Below the pieces are notes generated by a model. The model saw only the letters and a program-made list of their open reading frames with translations. It had not been told where the DNA came from and ran no database searches. Position numbers and translations under genes: made by a program. From Balanoglossus misakiensis (taxonomy: Eukaryota > Animalia > Hemichordata): DNA of 64,000 bases. Shown here one piece after another: positions 42,206 through 54,236 of this stretch. Position 1 is the stretch's first letter; each line of letters starts with the position of its first letter. The stretch is from NCBI GenBank assembly GCA_040954595.2, contig CM082577.2:9263846-9327845 (forward strand), written 5' to 3'.

Positions 42206-42889
42206 TGGGGATTTCAGTCCAAGCCAGTCCTGTTCGCTGAAAGCAAAACAAAAGAAATACAGGGTGGAAAGGGAAGATATTACTCACGATGACGAGTCAA
42301 CAAAGAGAAAAGAGGATGGATTTTTAAATTTACACATTGCATTCCAATGTGTACGTTATTGCGACTTTGATCTATGAACATGCATGCAGTCAGTACATGT
42401 AGAAAATTGTGTGCACTGGATAATAATGGTGATGTACATGTACATGAAACTTGAATACCTGACTGAGGTGAGCTTGGACATGTAATTGAAATGTCTAGTT
42501 TTCATATTCAAGAAAAATGCTATGCATGTTCTTATTCATCTTTAGGTTCCTTTTAAAATGGCCAGGTTACTTTGACTATGAGTGACCTTTTCTGATAACT
42601 GCATGTACATTGTACATGTATGTCTTTCCTTAGCTCTGGACTTATACGCTGTTTGGGTCTACGCTGCTCTCCGGGACAGCGTAATAAGTCAAGAGCTAGT
42701 CTTCCCTCTGCAAATACAGTAAGTTTACTGAGAATGTTGGTCACATAATGACATATGGACAACTGCAGTACAGCATCTAAGTACGTATGCTGTTCCTGCA
42801 GTCTCGTCTGTGCCAGTGCAGTAACCCGTCTCTGTACAGACCAAAACAAATGCTGGTGGTTGCCATGGTTACAGTCCCAGGACTGAATT

Positions 42890-43127
42890 ACCGGGCAAAT
42901 TTGGTTATTTCTTGATTTGTTTACGTTTTTCCCGTCGGAGTATGTGTGCATGTCTGATTACTGAGCAAATAACCAACGAACAAACGACGGCCGATGGTCT
43001 TTTGTTCATACGTAGACTTCGGCCCGGGCCCGGACAGTATATAAATACAGGTGCTACATTATTTACAGAGAGTTCCGCTGATGGTGGTCAATGATATTAA
43101 TGTAAAAATCGCCTTTGGACAGCAGCG
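42890..43127. promoter_or_regulatory. Putative divergent promoter region between vanin-2 (-) and the tolloid-like gene (+)
   Basis: TATATAAATA at ~43038, ~90 bp before the ATG at 43128; candidate minus-strand 5'UTR donor (CCG|GTAATT) near 42890. Confidence 0.4.
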
Positions 43128-45076
43128 ATGTTCCTCCGTCTCCTGATCACACTTACCGTATTGACAACGATTGCGGCAAGCGACCAGCCGAGCGTCAACG
43201 CCGGTGATCGGGGGCCGTGCAGTGATGGTAAGTCTAAATCTGTTTCAACGACGCGCCAGCTCTCTCCAGGTCCGCAGATTTTGAAACGCGCAGTATTATC
43301 GAGTTTCTTCAGATACCAGCGGCCGCGGGGAAAGTCAGCGCAGCCCTCCGTTGTTTATAAGTTGAATGGGACCGAGCATGCCCCGAAAATCGGAAGGTCA
43401 GATCGCATGTAAACAAGTTTGTGTAATCGGTACCCGCCAGCGCCGAGTCGACTCTAGCTCTGATTGCGCTGTAATGAATGAAGCGCGACTTCGCATGCGC
43501 GGTAGCGCGTAATGAATGAATCCGGGGTTGATAATATTCAGCGGGGGATGTCGCCGACTTGCAGACGACGCGAATGTTTTAAGTTTCTTTACAGTAAATT
43601 ACATCGCTTGATGTTATAAGTCTTGACTGAATATTTGTTGCTATGGTCTCGAAGAACCGATGGCCGAACAGAACAAAAGTAATTCTTGACACCGGCCTTG
43701 CGATCAAGGATATCGCGCAGCTTGAGTGTTGTGCCCCCTGTCACGGCGGACAAAAGTAATAAAACTTTGATACGCGTACTTGTGAAATATTCAAATATGC
43801 AATTTTCTTAATAAATCGACGAACCTTGCATCACTTCTGTGGTACAAAACACGACCATTCCAAGCGGCCATGTAAAATCAGCCAACCCATTTTTACCAAA
43901 AGTTTCTCCATTGTCAATCGTCATTGAAACATAATCTGTTAGTGTTATACCCCCGGGTGTTACAGTTTACACCATGAAATGTTTTTCGGGGGGGGGGGGG
44001 GACTTTTTTGAAAGAGTCTTGGAGGGTTTTTTATACTCAGCTGGTCTTTTTAAAACTCGTCTTGTTCATTTAACAAAGAAAATTGCAGTTACCCACTTTC
44101 AGTAAAAAGGAAATTGCCATAGTCTTCAACAAAACAACAAAACAAAGAATAGATCTGAAAACAAAAATAATGTGATGTAGGAAGTAAGGAACCACGTCAA
44201 AAAAACTTTTTATGCTACATTTCCCCCCAAAATCATATGGAAGCAGTATAAGTTGTTAAATGCTAACTTACATTAACCCTTTTTGTTGCTTTTGCAGACC
44301 ATGTAATCGTAGAAGGGGACATTTCTATACCAAGGGAGGAATATTTACAAAGGAAATCTTCTTGGCATTTACCCAGAGGCAAAAGAGCCGTAACAAGTCT
44401 GCCAGAACGGAAGTGGCCTAATGCAACCATTCCTTTCAAAATAAGCAAATACTTGAACAGTAAGTATTTATTTGCAGCATTGATGTCTGTAAGGGAGTGG
44501 TCAATGTGTGTTGCAGGGAGGGGTTGGTGGGGGGGGGGGGGGAGTTCTGTCCCTTTCAACAAAAAGCTACGAAAGAGTAAAATTAGTTTTATATAACAAA
44601 ATGCATAACACAAAGTTTATTTTTGCTCACAAACTGTGCTTATAATCTATGGTATTTCGTGAAAAAATGTATGTATTCAATTTGTGCCCTTCAATCAATA
44701 AAATATTGGTTAATTACCATTTAAGTGTGGGAAGCTAAATTGTTTTTTTTCTTCAGCTTATTGTTTTTACGGAAGTCTTCTCAAAGACAGCCATGAGTTA
44801 TTCATACAAAAACCTCTGGTGGAAGGTCACTTCTTTACGTTTGTCCTTAAACTTGAGATAATTTTCCCATTGACCTTAGCTGCGCACATTCCTTAGATTC
44901 TTTTCCTTGTGCATTAAGGAACACATTCTTACGGAAATACGTTCACTTATCTCCTCACTATACACATATTATCCCTTTCCTTCCTCTCAATAACCGCTAA
45001 TGATGATGATGATGATTGATGAAGATGATGATGATAATGATGATGATGATGATTGATGAAGATGTTGATGATGATA

Positions 45077-45129
<53 letters not shown>

Positions 45130-45153
45130 AATAATGATGATGATGATGATGAA

Positions 45154-45186
<33 letters not shown>

Positions 45187-45190
45187 AATA

Positions 45191-45230
<40 letters not shown>

Positions 45231-45316
45231 CGATGACGATGACGATGATGATGGTGGTAAAGGTGAAAATAATGTTGATAATAATTATGGTGATGATGAT
45301 GATGATGATGAAAATA

Positions 45317-45384
<68 letters not shown>

Positions 45385-48300
45385 AATAATGATGATAATT
45401 AATATGATGATGATGATGATGATGATGATGATAATGATGATGAAAATAATGATGATGATGATGATGTTGAAGATGATTATTGTTATTATTATTACAGGTA
45501 ATGCATGGAAGGTCATTCATAACGCAATTGATCATTGGGAAGAGCACACATGCATTAAGTTTGTCCCTTGGACCACAGAACATGACTATGTAGAATTTGC
45601 CCATGGAAAGTGTGGGTAAGTATTAAAAAGATATTTTTGATGGACGAGCCACTCTGTATATGTTTACCAAAATTACAAGTCCTGTTTCAATTATCCTAAA
45701 AGTCCCATATCAGTACTTTTTTCAGGAAGCCATATCATGTAGCTTTGGTTTTTATTTTTGACTGGTGATTCTTAATTTTCTCTCGTTTGTTGTTTGTAGG
45801 TGCTGCTCAGAAGTCGGTCGCCAAGGTAAAGGCAGACAGCAAGTTTCTGTCCAAGAGTATTGTACTGATTTTGGGGTCATAGTTCATGAAATTGGCCATG
45901 TGATTGGATTTTGGCATGAACACAGCAGGTGAGTCACGGACCAGTCAGACATAACCCACAAAAACAAATACAAATAAATACTAAAAAGAAAGCAAACAAG
46001 CAAACAGCTTGATTTGCTGAGGCAGGCAAGCGTGATTTAACGTCATTGTACATCAAGTGCATGTTCATGGCCAGCATAATTATTTTAGCACCAAAGCTTT
46101 TAGATTAGACAGTGAATGTGTGTAGGTGTCGCGGATAACATAATTATCTTTTTTGGCAATAAATCCAACAGAACCCACTTCTGACAAAATATAATGGACT
46201 CTTCTTTATTTTATTTACCAATCTGATCAGTAATCATTGAAGGTTTTTTTATGAATCTGTGAATATAAGAATTGAGCTCAAATCATGGCACTTCTTCCAA
46301 ATAAAAATGACTTGTTCTTGTGTGATCATTTTCCATGCTTTCCATCCAGGACTTGTGGTAAGTTGCTATTTGGCTAGTATTACAAGATGAAAATCTGGTG
46401 TGTGGGCATTAATATTATATTCAAATTCATATATTCCAGTCAGACCCAGAAAGCATTCAAGAACATTCACTGCCTCTGCCAACTTTACTGCTTAGGAAGT
46501 TTTTGAAATTATTTTTTTGATCAACTTGGACCAAACATTAAAAGTGGCATATCTTACTTCAATTTCTAGGCTACCATGATAATATTTGCGTGCCTATTGT
46601 TCTCATTCCAGTTCTTTTTCTTGTCTAATTCCAGGCCAGACAGAGACGAATTTGTGGAGATTCGTGACGAGAACATCCGCGATGACAGAATCGACCACTT
46701 CCACAAAAAATCTCACCTGGAGATCAATTCCTTCGGACAGTCTTATGATTACCAGTCTATAATGCACTACCCAAGGAGAAGCTTTTCAAAGAATAAAGAA
46801 GTAAGGGAGAAAAGTGTTTTATTAATTTTATTTACAGACACGTAGTAAGTTTTGTCCATGCTGTTGTGGGGTTGTTGTTTGGAGTTATGGTACGTGCCTT
46901 CATTGTTTGACCGAGCTACAAATGTACCTTCATCATCGCACTGACTGACATTGCTGTCAATGATGCCATTGTTCTGTCACTTGGGGAGGCTTTCCACAAT
47001 CCGATACGAATGCATGGGCAATTATTGGACACACTCTCCAGTGTTGAATTTTACGTGAATCACTAATGATATCACTGTATGTGCGTCAGTAACACACACA
47101 CTCGCACATGCATGTACACACACACACACACACCCAAACACACCATTCGTTATAATTTAGATTCATGTCAGTCTCAAGCGCCACAATCTTCAAAGAGCAA
47201 AACGTATTATTATACCGTTAGTTGTATGCTGTTGTTTTCCCTAAGGACACCATTAAACCGTTAAAACGCGGCGTCGTGATCGGACAAAGGAATGGCCTCA
47301 GCCAGGGGGACGTGATCCAAGCTAGAGAGCTCTACCAGTGTCCAAGTAAAGTAACATTGTAGTATCTCCAGTCCCTTTTTTTCCTTTGGTTTTCAGATTT
47401 TGCCGCTGTTGTTGAAATTTATCATGCTTTGTGGTGGTGGTGGTCAGGGGTAGGGGGTATAGTCTTGTCTAAAATATTAGTACAAGCATAATATTTCCTA
47501 GATAAAGATCTGATAACTGATTGGAAGACCTATGAGCAATTAGTATGCGGGTCACGTAGGGTCACGTGAATGGAAGATTGATAACCAAGTGTGCTTCGTA
47601 TCAATTTCTTAAATGTTAAAACTCTGATGAAGAACAGAGCCCGGCTGCGGTGGGAATCTGACCCGAAGGCGTGGCACCATCAAGTCGCCCTACTACCCCT
47701 ACAACTACCCGAAAGACCACGACTGCGTCTGGATCATCCGGGCTCCCCCGGGCCACAGGATCGTGCTGCGGTTCCTGGACTTCGACGTCGAGTACAAGGA
47801 GCGGTGTTCCTTCGACTACGTGGAGGTGCGCTTCGGCGGCAACTCCTCGGCCCCGCTCAACGACATCTATTGCGGCGCGGAGAAGCCCGAACCGGTGGCC
47901 GCGTGCGAGAGCAGCCTGTGGGTTAAGTTCCACAGTGATAAGACCATCGTCTCCAAGGGTTTCAGTGCAACGTATACCATTGGTGAGTTCGCATAATGAT
48001 TACAGTAGCTTTTTGTTCACTGTGAGACCACATTTAACAGATTCTCTGAGATGATCGTGCCACTGGCATAAAAAGAATGCATCACATTGTAGATATTTTC
48101 CAGATAACACTATGTTCATCTCCAGAGAAAGTTGATTGTATTCAAATTTCAGTGTCTCCCTATAGAATTTCCTTCTTTGTCTGGGACTGGACTAGTAGCA
48201 ATGGACTTAAAATAGACTGAAAGATTCAGTCGTGTGCAGGCACTCTGTTATGTCTTCTCCAAACCACATAGGTCACAGAATGTTAGAGCATCCATACATG

Positions 48301-51300
48301 AATGAATCATATTCATTATGTCTACTATAACATTAAAGGTGATCTGTATTTCATCATCTTCATCATTCAAGTTTTGTTTGGTATCATTTGTAATGATCAT
48401 CTTCCTCAAAAGGATAAACTCTTATTGGTAATATGTACTGAATGTATTTGACATCAGTTGAAAAATGCTTTTATGGTACACATTCTGCAGAACCACTGGA
48501 TCCTTCTGGAGCGGTGTTGTGGAGTGGCAGTGGAGACGACGCCCTCTCCAGTGGAAGTGGGTCGTGGTCCCTGACAACCGAAAATGGCGACATTCTGGTC
48601 CAAACCAGACCAGACCGGCCGTCTTCTGTCACCACCACCACCACCACGGAGACCGAGTACTACACAACACAAACTCCATGCGAACAAGTCTGTTTTCAGT
48701 TCCTTCAATTCTGTATTTGTAAAAGTAGCTTGCTAGTCGAACTCGGCGGCGATGAAACTGCAGCCCCGGAATACACGTGGGCGTATGAGGATTCCGTCCC
48801 AGAATACAGTTGGATTGACACCTCATTGTGGAATCTCTCCGAGGAGGAGGAGAGCATTCCCTGACCAGCTGATTAAAAATTTCCCCACGCAAAGTTGCAT
48901 TTCCTGCCTTCAAACCCGGCTGTGCATAAAAAGCGTTCGTTTTAATCTCTGGTCCACGTGCAAAACCGTGCAAAAACATTCATACCAACCCCTAATCAAA
49001 AAAATCCCCAACAGGCTGAATTTATTCTTTGGAAAGCGAATTATGCATAATTTATGCAAATTATTGTGGCATCTTCATAGGCTTGCTTGCTTCAGCTGCA
49101 GTGTTCATTGCCGCTTGTTTGTTACCATGTCAACCATTTGCTCAGCAATCAACAGAGAAAAAATGAAAATGCAAAAAAAAAAAATCAATGACATTGACCA
49201 TGAATTGCATTTGTTCTATTTCTTAATATTTGCATAAATTATAATTATATTTAAATTCAAACTAACCATCAAAATGAGCCATTTAGATATTTACATTGGT
49301 ATTTACATTATATTTCTCACACTTTTTTTCTACATTCATGCATGCAGTTTATTTGATAAATGCTATCATACATTATGTCTTTACCACTTAATTTCACTGT
49401 ATGTTTTATTTTTTAATTTCACTCTGCTTGATATCCATAACTAAAATGCACATTGTGTCACTTCCTGTTCTGTTCTTTCTGGACTTTCCCCATCAAATTT
49501 GAAAATAGGAACGATAAAAAAGTATTTTGATTGTTTTTTGATTGCATGTATGTTTATCATGGAGCCTGTGTTTTTCTTGTAGGCAACAGAGAACACCTCT
49601 GAAGGTACTATACTCTAAAGCTCTTTATTCGTTTATTCAGTTTGCTTGCTTGTATTGGATTCTGAATATTGTTATATTACATGTAGATGTTAGCATGTGA
49701 AATTTTGTTGGGAATATTTGGTCGCCAAATAGCACAAAATCTGCAGTAATGTGTTAATTTTCTTGGTGTGATTTTCAGAATGTGGTGGCTTTCTGAACGC
49801 AACAGAAGGTGTAATAGTCATTTTGCCAGACGCAATGGCGAACAGAGTTAGTATGGATTGCAGATGGCTGATTCAAGGTGAGTCTGACCCGAGATCTTTG
49901 TTTGTGCGCTCTTTCATTCCTCCAAAAAGAATTCTCTTGTGGCTTTATATATGATATGCTTAATTTTCTGTTCTTCACAGGAGTTGACAGAAGTCGCATT
50001 TTGGCTGAAAACATTTACTTGAATATGCCGAATAGCGAGGATTGCGAGGTGAACTATTTAAAGATCTACGAGCCAATGGAGACTGAAGTCTTCAGCAATG
50101 ACACTGTATTGCAGATGGAATATTACAGGTGTTTTTTTTTAATTTTGTACATTTCATAGTAGTTAGAATATTACCATGATGAAAGTTGACTTTTCAAGAC
50201 TTCAAATATTAACTTTTATGAGTGTAAAATATGATAGTGAATGTTAAAACTTAAAAAGGGTACAAATTTTCAGAATTTTCGGAAATAATCATCATTATGT
50301 AGATGGCTGTAATGTGTTTTTTGGCATGGGTTTTATAAACTCTACGATAGCTCTGCATGACTCACAGCAGTTATTTTCTCATTCTTTAGATTTCATGGGA
50401 AGTTATGCGACAGCTTTCCTCCCTCGGTCGTGTCATCTTCCAATCAGTTGGTTCTGGAGTTACACATAGGCTTGCCAAGAACAGGGTTTGATTTCAGAAA
50501 CGTACTCTATGTGTCTTACATCATTGGTGAGTACTGACCAGGGATGAGGATAGTTTCAGGATTTAACCCTAGAGTACAGTGCAACTTGCCTATTAAGGAC
50601 ACCTAATCATAGCCCTAACTATAGGAAGATATTTTCGACACCCTGAATGTGTATGCTCTGTTTACTTGCATTCGTACTAAACTGCAATTGTGTTTACGTT
50701 TCATTTTCATGTGGTGTGATTGTTCATTCCACCTGTGCCTAAACCTGATGTTCATTTCGTGATCTATTTCACACACTTCTTGATCTCTAGGTAGATTTAG
50801 ATGAGTGCGCCCTCAACGCCGACGAATGCCAACACGTGTGCTTCAACGAGGTTCCCGGTTACGCCTGCGGCTGCCATTCTGGATACGATCTCGGTGATGA
50901 CGGGAGAAGCTGCCACTTAAAAAGGGTGGAATTGGCAGGTGAGGCCCAGCGACTGGAAAATATATATGGGGTTCATACAGGGACCGTTAAGGCGTTTCTG
51001 AAACATCTCAGGTCAAACACTGGCATAAATTATCATGTGTGAACAGTAAAAGTGGTCCTGAAATGTATCAGAGATTAATGACTCACCACAACCCATTGCC
51101 TATGGCACCCACACATGAACTTGGTGTGTGTGGACACAAGGTGACTCAAAGGTTTGATGCTCTGCGTTTACCATAGGCAAATAGTGTCTCTGAAATGTTT
51201 CGAATTTTACCCTGTGTGAACCAGGTAATATTCCCTCTTTTCCATTAGGTTTTTACCTTGTTGTATAAGTTGTATAAAATTGGTACATTTTGACTTATTA

Positions 51301-52263
51301 GTGAGTACATTGACCAATCAGATTAAGGAATGAAATATGACTGACTTTTGTGTCCATTCTACATGCTAAACCAAACTAAAACAAAATGGGAAAAAGTACT
51401 TTGTAAGAGTTCAATAAACACATGTACGTATGCACACTTTTTCCGAAAGACAGGTCTTCTGTGTACCTCCCAGACCTCTATATACTGGATGTTATATTTC
51501 TCCTGTTCACTCCCATTTGCCTCTGTAGAGATCCAAATTACCATAGAAAATAATGGGTTTTGACCAAGTCATAGTGATAAAAGGGTGAAGTTTAGTCTTG
51601 GAAATGTAACATTCTCAACTCGCACGTTTGAATTTTTTTTTCCACCAGCCGAATGCGAAGGCACGTTTTCTTCGAACAGGGGGATGATTGCGCTGGATAA
51701 AGAGCGCCCCCTTGAGGTGGTCGAGCACTGCACCTGGGTGATCCAAGTGCCAGAAGGTCACAAGATCATGTTGTACTTTACGTCACTTCACCTGGAAGAC
51801 AGTGAAATCTGTGACGCCTATGTGGAATTTATGGAGGGAATTCACATGGTGGGTTATATATTGTAATTTATTTTACATGAATTGTCATTTTCACCTCTAA
51901 AAGTGCCAGTCAATCAGAAAAAAAATACAGTTGATGGGTATTGTGATATCTTATATTTACAAGCCAATGATTAGATCAAACAATTGATGATTGGAATATC
52001 AGTTGTAAATTTAGTCTGTTGTGTTGTCATTGATTGATTGATTGATTGATTGATTGAAAAAAAGAATGATTTGCAGTAAACAGAAATTTTTCGTCATCAG
52101 GAATCTGCTGGTAAGTTCTGTGGTTCAGTTCTGCCACCCATGATCACCCTTCAGACGTCGGTTGTCCGGGTGCACTTCCATGCGGACCATCCCAATGCAG
52201 TGCTCAGAGATCAGCTCCAGCCTTCCTTTGTCTTGAGTTACACCACATATGCGGCCCAGCAAG
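43128..52263 (+). CDS. Tolloid/BMP1-like astacin metalloprotease (signal, pro, astacin, CUB, S/T-rich linker, CUB, Ca-EGF, CUB); 3' end uncertain
   Basis: Exons 43128-43227, 44298-44459 (EGDI...RGKR/AV furin site, KWPNATIPF), 45498-45615, 45800-45928 ([15 protein letters not shown]), 46635-46800 (PDRD...SIMHY Met-turn), 47246-47345, 47638-47982 (CUB), 48491-48687, 49583-49604, 49779-49877, 49981-50128, 50390-50526, 50795-50938 (DLDEC EGF), 51649-51848, 52101-52263 (or read-through to stop at 52334). Confidence 0.9.
44999..45494. repeat. Imperfect (GAT)n microsatellite, ~500 bp, intronic
   Basis: Directly visible; ends at the acceptor of the 45498 exon. Confidence 0.96.
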
Positions 52264-53638
52264 GTAGGAAGCGACTTCCACTAGTCTGCACTCACTCACT
52301 GTCTGTTCTCTATCATGCATCGCAGTATTTTTAAAGGGACAAAGTCTCTCTCTCGCTGTCCCTTTTTCCATTAATTATGTTTGATACTAGACACCGTTTA
52401 TGTTATTCTACATGTGGATATGTAGTGAATCAACGTTCGACCACACACAACTTCCATCCTGTTTGTAGACAAGAGAGTGAAAAACTCGCCAAAATGAATA
52501 ATTGGTGTTTACTGTTTATTCGTTTTGGCGGGATTTTTACACATATCCTAAAAGGGCAGCGAGAGAGAGACTGTGTCCCTTTAACTAGTGTGTGTGTGAG
52601 TTACTGTAAAACAAGAAATGTTCCAACAATCTGAAACAGACTCAACAACTCTCACAACATGTAAAGCTTTATTTGATTCAAAGCAGACAAAAACACAAAT
52701 TGATCAGTCGGGAAATCATCAAGTCACACTTAGCACCATAATCAGTTATCATATCGTGTGTGTAGCTCCTACAAAGTTCACTGCTTGCAATAAAAAAAAA
52801 CAGCATTTTTACTAATTCCTTCCACCCCTGTCAAATGTACACAAGTCCAGCTTTGTTGTTGAAAACAAAGGGTTCAAACAAAAGTAGAGGTGGAAAGTTT
52901 TCAGTATCATTTTATGCCCAGAAGAAAAGCCAACCAGCTGACTGTTATTCTCATACCATTCACTTCCGTCCATGTTGATTTTATAGTTTGAGTAAAATGT
53001 CTGTGTGTCTATTTCAGATAACCAGTCCGTTTTCTTCACTCAGAGTCTGTTAATCATGTCACATCTCATGTACTAGAGAGACTTTTTCCAGGAAATGCCC
53101 GTTGTTGTTATTTCAGTTTTTTTTTTGGTAGACATGAGATTCCTATTACTGCATCACACACTAGTAGATTTGTTACTGGCATCTTCAGATCTCAAGCTTA
53201 ATTCTTCCACTGTGTTCTTCTCAGCTGTTGACACTTTACTGCAGTCAAAATATGTGAATACTAGTATACCACCCCCCCAAAAAACAAGCAAAACAGACAA
53301 ACAAACAAACAAACAACAACAAACAAAGGCCAATGAATACATGCTGGGAAAAATTTCCAGTATGACAAGAAAGAATTCTTGCCTGTGTCAGCGTGGAAAG
53401 TACAAGCCTGAAATAAAGCCAATTTGTACAACACATTTACAATGTCAAGCCCAGTGGATGCCATGGCTGTGACAATTTCATATACAGACATTAAAAAATA
53501 ACGCCAACTTCTATGACAGAAAAGTCAAAGTCACTTGTAAAGAACAATAATAGTTCAGTCTGTGGTTTGGAAGATTCAAGACGACATGAATGAAAAAGGT
53601 TAAGTTTAGTATACATATCAAGTGTCCAGCAAAACATA

Positions 53639-53741
53639 CTGTAAAACAGGAAATTTTCGCAAATGATAAAATTTCATGAACCTAATGAACGCGTAAAAAT
53701 GTTAATGAAACACGAGAATGCGAAAATTTCCTGTTTTAGAG
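53639..53741. mobile_element. ~100-bp Tc1/mariner-type MITE
   Basis: TA|CTGTAAAACAGGAAATTTTCGCA...TGCGAAAATTTCCTGTTTTAGAG inverted termini. Confidence 0.65.
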
Positions 53742-54236
53742 AATGTTGATGCACATATGGCCTATAATTACAATATAGGCAGCCTACAGTGGCAGTGACT
53801 GAATGTCGTAAGACATCTGAGAGTCTGTCATCCATTTTGTCACACTGACAAGATATAATCAAGGGCAAACTCAGGCTTGACTGAGAATGAGAATTAACAA
53901 AATAATACATAAAACCAGGTGAATATCACCCAAAGGTTTCTTTGTATGTCCTACATGTGAATCCATGACAATCCACATCTTAATATTTCTGTTTCTTGGC
54001 AAGGAAAACGCGACTTCTGACTTGACAGACAGATTCGGTTGTGGAGTGGAGTGCTTTGAATTCAATACCAATACAGCTGGTTGACTTCCGGGCTGTTGCA
54101 GTTAAAGCCATTTTAAAAATGAAATCTAGAATTTGCATATAACTGGTTTGCAAGAGACGCAATTTGAGGATCTGCCGGACAATTTTTTGTCAGACTAGAA
54201 CAACATGCAGAATGGCTTTTATATTGGAAGTGTTTG

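Noticed and set aside
44947-45619. Poly-Asp, poly-Met, poly-His and poly-Ile ORFs
   Set aside because: Intronic (GAT)n microsatellite; the real exon starts at 45498.
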